Positions 55,139 through 64,000 of a stretch of DNA of 64,000 nucleotides are shown here, piece by piece; position 1 is the first letter of the stretch, and each line of letters begins with the position of its first letter. A program made the translations under genes and the position numbers. Below the pieces are notes generated by a model. That model was not told the origin of the DNA. It ran no database searches and saw only the letters and a program-made list of their open reading frames with translations. The stretch is from Thermoplasmata archaeon (GTDB taxonomy: Archaea > Thermoplasmatota > E2 > JACPAO01 > JAHFTW01), in NCBI GenBank assembly GCA_034667725.1, contig JAXDQS010000010.1, positions 224,001 to 288,000 on the forward strand, given 5' to 3'.

Positions 55139-57595
55139 TTGTCGCTTGGTCGGTGGCTGCTTGCCCTTGGGCTCGTGCTGCTCGGCGTCGCCGTGGCCGT
55201 CGAGGCGCGCGAGTACTGGACGGCCGACCTGCCGACCTTCTGCGGCACCAAGGGCCCCACCATCGACCTCCTGAACCCGTCCCCCACGATCGCCACCGCC
55301 ACCGTCACCACGGAAGGCATCTCGACGGTCTACGTGGTGCTGCCCGACTCGGCCTTCGTGATCAAGCCCGCGTCCCCGATCCCAGGCAGCGGCATCGGGG
55401 TCGCGGGCGTCTACCACATCGACACCGGGACGGGCCCTGTCGTGCCCCTGCTGGCCGGCGACGAGGTGCCGTCGTGCGGCGACGCCAACCGCATCCTGCC
55501 CACCGACGCCTTGGGCACCAACCACGTCCTCCACACCTTCCCCGCGACCACCTACGCCACCGACCGCTCGTTCTTCACGGTCATCGCCACCGAGGACGAC
55601 ACCACCGTCGGCATCTTCCTGCAAGGCACCCCGACGACGCCGGGCGGCGGCCTGCCTCCCATGGTCCCCGGCGTCAGCTACTCCTACGTCCTTGCCCGCG
55701 GCGTCGCGCTCACCGCAGTCTCCGGCCCCTCCACGGTGCTGGCGATGGCGGCGTTCGACGGCACCAACATCGTCTCCGACAAGCCCGTGAGCGTCTGGTC
55801 CGGCAACTTCCACAGCACCTACGGCATGGCCTCCGGCGGCGCGGACCAGATCTGGAACCAGCACCCGCCCACGCGGCTGTGGGGCACCGAGTACGTCGCC
55901 TGCTCCACCCTGGACCCGATGGTGCGCGCCAGCGGCACCGAGCGGCTCCGGTTCGGCAACGCGTTCGTCCCGGCCACCGTCACCTTGGACCCGCCTCCCG
56001 TGGGCGCGGCAAGCGGCGTCTACGCCCTCGCCGCCAACGCGTGGCTGGAGGTCAACGTCGACAGCAACACCCGCATCACCTCGACCGAGCCGATCCAGGC
56101 GCTGCACATCATGGTCCCCGACTCGCCGCCGCCGCTCGGCGACGTCGACATCCTGCCGCTGGCGCCGACCTCGCTCTGGACCGAGGAGCACCTGCTCTAC
56201 GCCTCGCCCAACTACCCCGTGCGCCACCTCGCCATGGTGGTCCCGGCCGGCGGCGCCGCGGCGCTCGACGGCACCCTGGTCACGGGCGGCACCCCGGTCG
56301 GCGCCTCCGGCTACCGGTGCGCGCTCCAGCCGGTGGCGGCCGGCCTGCACCGCGTCACCGGCACCCAGCCGCTCGGCAACTGGATGATGGGCCAGACCCC
56401 GTTCTCCGGCTCCTACTGGTACGAGGACGCCGGCCTCCCCAAGGTGCTGCCGCCTCCGCCGCCGCCCCCGCCGCCCCGCCCGCCGGTGGCGGTGCCGGCC
56501 GTGGCCGGCGCGGGCACGAGCTGCGTGGACAGCGCCGTGCTGCTCACCGGCATCGCCTCGTTCGACCCCGACCTCGGCGGCACGGTCGTGGCGTGGGCGT
56601 GGGACTTCGGGGATGGCGTGAAGGGCGCCGGCAAGACCGTCGCGCACGAGTACGCGCTCGCCGGCGATTACACCGTCACCCTCACCGTCACCGACAACGA
56701 CGGCATGACGCACACGGCCACGCTCCTGGTCCACGTCGCCGTCGACGCCGACTGCCCCGCCACCCTCGTCACCGGCCATTCCTTGGTGCGCGAGCGCGAC
56801 ACCGTCCGGTTCTGTGTTGCCGCCAGCGACCCCGACGGCGGCCCCTTCACCTTCACCCTCGCCTGGCCCGACGGCGAGCCCGCCGGCGTCACCTTCACGC
56901 CCGACGGCTGCCTCAGTTGGCGCACCTCCGTCGGCCAGGCCGGCTTCTACCCGTGCCTGCTGTTCACGGCCCTCGGACCCGGCGGCCCCGTGGCCGGCTG
57001 CGCCACCGTCGAGGTGCTGCCGTGGCCCCGCCCCGATCCGACCCTCGACACCGACCTCGATGGCGTGGCCGACACTCAGGACAACTGTCCTTACGACGCC
57101 AACCGCGACCAGGCGGACGACGACCTCGACGGCCTCGGCGACCTGTGCGACCCGACGCCCCTGCGGCGCGACCTCGCCAATCCCGGTCCCGAACGGCTTG
57201 GCCGCGCCCGCGACGCCGACCGCGACGGCATCGCCGACCCCGCCGACAACTGCCCGCTGGCGCCCAACACCTCGCAGGCCGACCGCGACCGCGACGGCGC
57301 CGGCGACGCCTGCGACCCGGACGCCGACGGCGACGGCGTCGCGACGGCGGGCGCGTTCCCCGACAACTGCCCCGACGCCGCCAACCCCGACCAGCGCGAC
57401 GCCGACGCCAACGGCCACGGCGACGCCTGCGACGCCGCCGCGCCCGCCGCGCCGCGCGCCCTGGCGCGCGGCCGCGAGGCGGCGGCGTCGGTCGGCGGCG
57501 GCGCGCCGTGGGCCGTGGCGGCCGTCGGGCTGGGGGCGGCAGCGCCCCTGCTGGCGTGGGCCGTCGTGCGCCGCAAGTTCGCTGCCAAACCTTAA
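55139..57595 (+). CDS. Surface protein: IgGFc-binding-like head + PKD + Ig + TSP3 repeats + TM
   Basis: VIATEDDTTV, SDKPVSVWSG, PTRLWGTEY; poly-Pro linker; WDFGDG; DNCP repeats; probable TTG start. Confidence 0.87.
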   Translation: MSLGRWLLALGLVLLGVAVAVEAREYWTADLPTFCGTKGPTIDLLNPSPTIATATVTTEGISTVYVVLPDSAFVIKPASPIPGSGIGVAGVYHIDTGTGPVVPLLAGDEVPSCGDANRILPTDALGTNHVLHTFPATTYATDRSFFTVIATEDDTTVGIFLQGTPTTPGGGLPPMVPGVSYSYVLARGVALTAVSGPSTVLAMAAFDGTNIVSDKPVSVWSGNFHSTYGMASGGADQIWNQHPPTRLWGTEYVACSTLDPMVRASGTERLRFGNAFVPATVTLDPPPVGAASGVYALAANAWLEVNVDSNTRITSTEPIQALHIMVPDSPPPLGDVDILPLAPTSLWTEEHLLYASPNYPVRHLAMVVPAGGAAALDGTLVTGGTPVGASGYRCALQPVAAGLHRVTGTQPLGNWMMGQTPFSGSYWYEDAGLPKVLPPPPPPPPPRPPVAVPAVAGAGTSCVDSAVLLTGIASFDPDLGGTVVAWAWDFGDGVKGAGKTVAHEYALAGDYTVTLTVTDNDGMTHTATLLVHVAVDADCPATLVTGHSLVRERDTVRFCVAASDPDGGPFTFTLAWPDGEPAGVTFTPDGCLSWRTSVGQAGFYPCLLFTALGPGGPVAGCATVEVLPWPRPDPTLDTDLDGVADTQDNCPYDANRDQADDDLDGLGDLCDPTPLRRDLANPGPERLGRARDADRDGIADPADNCPLAPNTSQADRDRDGAGDACDPDADGDGVATAGAFPDNCPDAANPDQRDADANGHGDACDAAAPAAPRALARGREAAASVGGGAPWAVAAVGLGAAAPLLAWAVVRRKFAAKP

Positions 57596-57622
57596 GCCGC
57601 CATCAAAGTCGGTAGGGGCGTC

Positions 57623-60460
57623 ATGCGTGCCGCGCTCCTGGCCTTGCTGTTGAGCCTCCCGTTGGCGACCGCCAGCCTCGTCCCCGTCCTGCCCAGCGCG
57701 GTCCCGGACACGCCGCTGGCTTCGGTTGCGCCGCCAGCGCCCCCGGCCATGCCCACCCTGGCGGACCTGCTGGCCGACCCCAACGTCGGGCCCGTGCTGC
57801 GCACGACGCCGGGCGTCCGCGGCCTCGAGCGCCTCCAGGCCAGCGCGCAGGCGGAAGGCAGCGAGCCCGCCCCCGCGCCCGCCACCGACCTTGGCGCCGA
57901 CGGCCTCCAGCTCGCCTGGCTCCAGGCGTTCCTTGGCGTCCCCACCATCCTGCGCGCCGTCGACCTCGACGGCGACGGCGGCACCGACCTGGTGGCCGGC
58001 ACCGACACCGGGTTGGTCGCGGTCGACGGCAAGACTTGGACCGTGCGCTGGGCCCGCCCCATCGGCAGCCCCGTCGTCGGCCTCGAGGTCGACGCCGCCG
58101 CCAAGCCGGCCCGCATCGCGGTCGCCACCGGCTACGGGGGCCGCCCGTCCGAGGCGCTCGTGGTCGCCGCCAACGACGGCGCCCTCGCGTGGCGCACGGC
58201 CATCCCCGGCGGCGCCACGGGCCTCGCGCTGGCCGGCAGCGACCTCCTGGTCGCGACCACCACGGGCGCCACCCGCCTGGCCGCCGCCGACGGCGCCGTG
58301 GCGTGGGACGCCGCGCCGGCGCTGCTGCCGGCCACGGGCGCCATCGTGGCGGCGCTCCTGAACGGCGGGTTCTACCTGTCGGCGTTCGGCGACCTGACCG
58401 GCGACGGCGTCCCCGACGTGGCCGTCGCCCGCAACGCGGTCGCCTACGCCACCGCCGTCCTCACCGGCGCCTACAGCGAGCGGCTCGAGGTGCACGCCAT
58501 CGACGGCGCCACCGGCGCGGCCCTCTGGGTCCACGCCATGGGCGGCGAGGGCGGCACCACCGCCTACACCCTCGCGACCGACCTGGACCTGCTCGACACC
58601 CGCGGCGACGGCACCCTGGACGCCGCGGTCGCCGGCGTCACCATCCGCTACACCTCCGCCGTCCTCGCCTCGGCCAGCTCCTACGAGCCGTTCGTCCGCG
58701 TCCTCGACGGCACCGGCTCCGCGGGCCTCGCCGTCCCGCTCGGCTCGCGCGGCACCCTGACCCCCGCGCTGCCCATCGAGCTGTTCACGCACCTCGACCA
58801 CGCCGACGCCGGCGCCGGCGCGGGCGACGAGGTCGCCGTCGTGCGCTTCTCGCTGGCCGACAGCCTGCTCGGCTCCCCGTTCAACCTGGAGCGCTACGCC
58901 ATGCCGGACGAAGGCTCCGGCGCCATGGTGCTGGTCTCCGACGTCGCCATCCCGGTCGGCGTGGTTTACGACCTCGTCGCCCCCGCCGGCGGGGCCGGGG
59001 CCCGCGACCTGATGGCCGTCGGCCTGGACGCCGTGCGCGTCACCGCCGCCGGCGCCGAGGCCGGCCGCCGCGAAATGGACCCCTCCGCCCTCACGGCCCT
59101 CGACGTCGGCGGCGCCACCGTCCTCGGCACCCCCGAAGGCCTCCTTGTGACCAGCGGCGACCTGCAGGCCACCACGGCCGAGGTCCCGTTCCACGGCTCG
59201 ATCCGCCAGGCCGTCCGCGCCGGCCAAGGCGCCGGCGGCTTCGTCGCGGTCGCCGCCACCGACGGCGCCCTGCACGTCCTGGACGGCGTCACCGGCGCCC
59301 GCCTGGCCCGCCACGAGGTGGCCGGCCTCGGCTCCATCCACGCCTCCGGCAACCTGCTGGTCCTGCAGCACACCAACGAGACCACTTGGCTGGAAGGCTG
59401 GTTCCTGCCGTCCGGCGACGTCGCCTGGCGCACCGAGCTGGAGCACCCGCGCACCCTCGTCTGGTTCGACGGCGACGGCGACGGCGTCGACGACGTCCTG
59501 GCCGAATACGATTCGCCCGCGCAGACCCTGCGCGCCGTCAACGGCGCCACCGGCAAGACCCTCTGGACCAGCAAGCTCGACACGCTGTCCCTGACGGGCT
59601 CCCGCGTCTTCGCCATCCCGCGCATGGGCGTCGACGACCTGGGCATCGAGGACTTCGGCGACCGGCACCAGCTCGACGGCGCCACCGGCAAGCTGCTCTG
59701 GAGCGACACGGACGGCTTCTCGAGCACCTGTGTCGGCGTCGCGGAAGCCCCCGACGGCCTGCTGGCCGCGGCCGAGCGCGACGGCGACGAGCTGGTGGTG
59801 CGCGTGTACGACCGCGCCGGCGACGCCGCCACCATCAAGCCCGGCCTCACCGCCAACAACTGCGTGCTCACGCCCGCCCCCGGCGGCTTCCTGCTCGCCG
59901 CCGCCGTCTGGGAGGACGACGCCATCCACGGCCACCTGTCGCGCCACAGCGGCGCCACCAACGCCTGGACCCTGCGCTTCGACGGCGCCACCGTCGCCGT
60001 CCTGCTCCAGGACGAGGCCTCCGACCGCCTCTACCTCCAGGTCGGCGACCAGTTCCTGGTGCGCAGCCTCGCCACCGGCGCCGCCTTGGGCGGGATCGGC
60101 CTCGGCATGCCCGCCCGCCAGGCCGTCGCCCACGACCTCGACGGCAACGGCACCATGGACCTGCTGCTCCGCACGCCTGACGGCCTGCTGCGCGCCGCCG
60201 GCCGCGGCCTGCGCCTGCCCGACGGCGCCACCACGCCGCAAGGCATCGTCCCCGACGCGCTTGCCGACGGCGTGCTCGGCGCCACGGACGGCGGCCTGCC
60301 CGACGGGCCGCAAGGCGACGACCGCTCGGCGCCCGGCGCCGGCGACGCCGCCGACCCGGCGGACGCGCCCGCGCCCGACGCCATCGTCGCGGCCTTGGCG
60401 CTTGCCGTCGCGGTCCTCCTGTCCCGGCGCAAGGCCGGCCGCCTCCTGCGCACGGATTAA
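57623..60460 (+). CDS. Surface protein with FG-GAP/PQQ-like beta-propeller repeats and C-terminal anchor
   Basis: DLDGDGGTDLV, DLTGDGVPDV, DGATG..LW repeats; APAP + TM + RRK. Confidence 0.87.
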   Translation: MRAALLALLLSLPLATASLVPVLPSAVPDTPLASVAPPAPPAMPTLADLLADPNVGPVLRTTPGVRGLERLQASAQAEGSEPAPAPATDLGADGLQLAWLQAFLGVPTILRAVDLDGDGGTDLVAGTDTGLVAVDGKTWTVRWARPIGSPVVGLEVDAAAKPARIAVATGYGGRPSEALVVAANDGALAWRTAIPGGATGLALAGSDLLVATTTGATRLAAADGAVAWDAAPALLPATGAIVAALLNGGFYLSAFGDLTGDGVPDVAVARNAVAYATAVLTGAYSERLEVHAIDGATGAALWVHAMGGEGGTTAYTLATDLDLLDTRGDGTLDAAVAGVTIRYTSAVLASASSYEPFVRVLDGTGSAGLAVPLGSRGTLTPALPIELFTHLDHADAGAGAGDEVAVVRFSLADSLLGSPFNLERYAMPDEGSGAMVLVSDVAIPVGVVYDLVAPAGGAGARDLMAVGLDAVRVTAAGAEAGRREMDPSALTALDVGGATVLGTPEGLLVTSGDLQATTAEVPFHGSIRQAVRAGQGAGGFVAVAATDGALHVLDGVTGARLARHEVAGLGSIHASGNLLVLQHTNETTWLEGWFLPSGDVAWRTELEHPRTLVWFDGDGDGVDDVLAEYDSPAQTLRAVNGATGKTLWTSKLDTLSLTGSRVFAIPRMGVDDLGIEDFGDRHQLDGATGKLLWSDTDGFSSTCVGVAEAPDGLLAAAERDGDELVVRVYDRAGDAATIKPGLTANNCVLTPAPGGFLLAAAVWEDDAIHGHLSRHSGATNAWTLRFDGATVAVLLQDEASDRLYLQVGDQFLVRSLATGAALGGIGLGMPARQAVAHDLDGNGTMDLLLRTPDGLLRAAGRGLRLPDGATTPQGIVPDALADGVLGATDGGLPDGPQGDDRSAPGAGDAADPADAPAPDAIVAALALAVAVLLSRRKAGRLLRTD

Positions 60461-60498
60461 ATCGGGCCCGCCCTCGCGCCCCCTGCCGGAACGCCGTC

Positions 60499-60989
60499 AT
60501 GCTCGACGACCAGACCGTCCGCAGCCTCCTCCAGGCGTACCACGACGCCACCAAGGGCGAGGAGGGCACGCCGACGCCGCTCATGATCCTCCACGGGCTG
60601 CGGGAGGAGATCACCATCCGGCCCCACATCGAGCTGCCGAGCGCCTACCACATGGCGCACTACCTCGACGAGTTCGTGGGCGAGCGCACCATCGGCATCA
60701 CCGTCTGCGGCCGCTTCTTCAAGCAGATTGGCGAGAAGGTGTTCCAGGGCACGCTCTTGTACCACGTCGACCGCATCGGCTCCCACCTGGTGCGCGGCAT
60801 CAACGCCGAGACCAACCTCTACACCGTCCTCGACGACTCGCCGTACTGGAACAAGTTCCCCTACGACTTCGACAAGGGCCCCCTCGACCCCGACCTCCCC
60901 ATCGGCTACCACCCCGGCCCCGAGCTGGACGCCCCCAACGACCCCAACGCCGAGGAAGAAGGCGCCCCTGGGGAAGCGGGGGAGCCGTA

Positions 60990-60990
<1 letters not shown>
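60499..60990 (+). CDS. Hypothetical protein (163 aa)
   Basis: Strong GC3 bias; 1-nt overlap with the ABC-F gene. Confidence 0.7.
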
Positions 60991-62792
<1,802 letters not shown>

Positions 62793-62902
62793 CCGAACCA
62801 TCCACCGAGACAGCCGAGATGTTCGGTCGGGTTCGGCGTCGGCGGCGGCTGGCCCGCCATCGACAAGCACTATAACGCACGGGGCGGCTCGGCCGGCAAG
62901 CG

Positions 62903-64000
62903 ATGGCGAAGCTGGACGATGCGGTCGCGGACGGGTTGGCCTCCATCTCCATCGCCTGCAGCCGGCACGCGGGCGCCGTCGTGGCCGTCGTGCTGCTCTT
63001 GACCGGCGTCTTCGGCTACGGCGTCTCGACCATCACCACCGACGTCGACGTCGCCGACGTGCTGCCGCGCGGCAACTACAACACCGAGGCCGCGCACAAC
63101 CTGACGGAGAAGTTCCGCTCGACCTTCACGCAGCAGGTCACCCTCCAACTCCACGTGGACGAGGCCGGGCACGACTGGGCAAAGGACAACGCCAAGCTCA
63201 CCTACCGCAACCTCGGCTTCCCCGCCAACGGCGCCCCGGCGCAGGTCAAGCCCGACAGCCGCAACATCACCGACGAGGTCTACATCCGCGCCACCGCCGA
63301 GCTGGTGGAGTTCCTGCAGGCCCAGACCGACTTCACGCGCACCATCTCCATCTCCAACATCTACAGCCTGATCAACTGGACCGTGGCCGGCGGCGACGGC
63401 TCCGGCGGCACCGAGCGCGCCCCCGAGTCCGCCTTCGCGCTGCCGGGCTACCGCAGCCAGGCCGACGCGGTGCGCTACCAGCTCGTGGACCAGACCGTGA
63501 AGGCCGCCATCCTGGACACGGTCGACGCCATCACCAGCCCGAAGTGGGACCACGCCGCGGCGCTGTTCATGCCGCCGGCCGACAACACCCGCAGCAGCCG
63601 CGACCTCGGCGCCCAGATGCTGGCGGCCCGCGACGCCTGGCTGGAGCACGTGCGCGCCGGCGACTCCGAGTTCACGGTCTTCGGCCCCGCCAACCCGCCG
63701 CTGTTCACGGTGGACCTGCCGATCGCGAACGCGCACTCGTCGGAGCTGGTGCAGCAGGACACGCTGCGGCTCATGCCGATGATCGCGGCGTTCATTCTGG
63801 CCTGCCTGTTCGTCGCGTTCCGCAACCTGCGCGCCATCGCCGTGAGCTTCACGACGCTCGCCATCGGCGTGGTGTGGAGCTACGGCACGATGGGCTTCAT
63901 GGGCATCCCGCTCAACACCCTCAACATGACGATCGTGCCGCTGGTCATGGGCATCGGCATCGACTACTCCATCCACATCATCAACGAGTTCGCGGAGCAC
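62903..64000 (+). CDS. MMPL/RND family transporter (3' truncated by window)
   Basis: N-terminal TM, large loop, TMs ending GIPLNTL..PLVMGIGIDYSIH; TATAAC 32 nt upstream; absent from the ORF track because it has no stop in the window. Confidence 0.9.
   Translation, partial: MAKLDDAVADGLASISIACSRHAGAVVAVVLLLTGVFGYGVSTITTDVDVADVLPRGNYNTEAAHNLTEKFRSTFTQQVTLQLHVDEAGHDWAKDNAKLTYRNLGFPANGAPAQVKPDSRNITDEVYIRATAELVEFLQAQTDFTRTISISNIYSLINWTVAGGDGSGGTERAPESAFALPGYRSQADAVRYQLVDQTVKAAILDTVDAITSPKWDHAAALFMPPADNTRSSRDLGAQMLAARDAWLEHVRAGDSEFTVFGPANPPLFTVDLPIANAHSSELVQQDTLRLMPMIAAFILACLFVAFRNLRAIAVSFTTLAIGVVWSYGTMGFMGIPLNTLNMTIVPLVMGIGIDYSIHIINEFAEH

Overview
High-GC (about 70% by eye) archaeal chromosomal segment. 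Markers are cdc6, nob1, NAC, Pop5, rpl7ae-rps28e-rpl24e, SRP54, TrmY and archaeosortase A. The proteome is Ala/Arg-rich rather than acidic, and there are bacterial-type uvrB, thiolase and ABC-F genes, so an uncultured Thermoplasmatota lineage is more likely than a haloarchaeon (inference). Housekeeping genes are interleaved with many large, Cys-rich secreted proteins. The main candidate system is at 27.8-39.4 kb: artA, then a ~2540-aa secreted protein, a tightly coupled beta-propeller lipoprotein that appears to start at ACG, and psd plus pssA, which make the lipid anchor used in ArtA sorting. The giant protein has a disulfide-rich helical N-terminus, an HFS candidate self-cleavage motif, a propeller/PKD/jelly-roll stalk, a Lys/Gly/Ala amphipathic segment and an orphan C-terminal domain. 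This resembles a polymorphic toxin or adhesin cassette inserted in a surface-anchoring locus. Other notable items: three paralogous adhesins with one shared PKD-Ig-TSP3-TM stalk and different heads, non-PGF C-terminal sorting-like signals, a full-length group II chaperonin with degenerate ATPase motifs, a 225-bp MITE, a duplicated cdc6 3' end and REP-like palindromes. I saw no tRNA, rRNA or CRISPR array. All calls come from reading motifs by eye; no searches were run.
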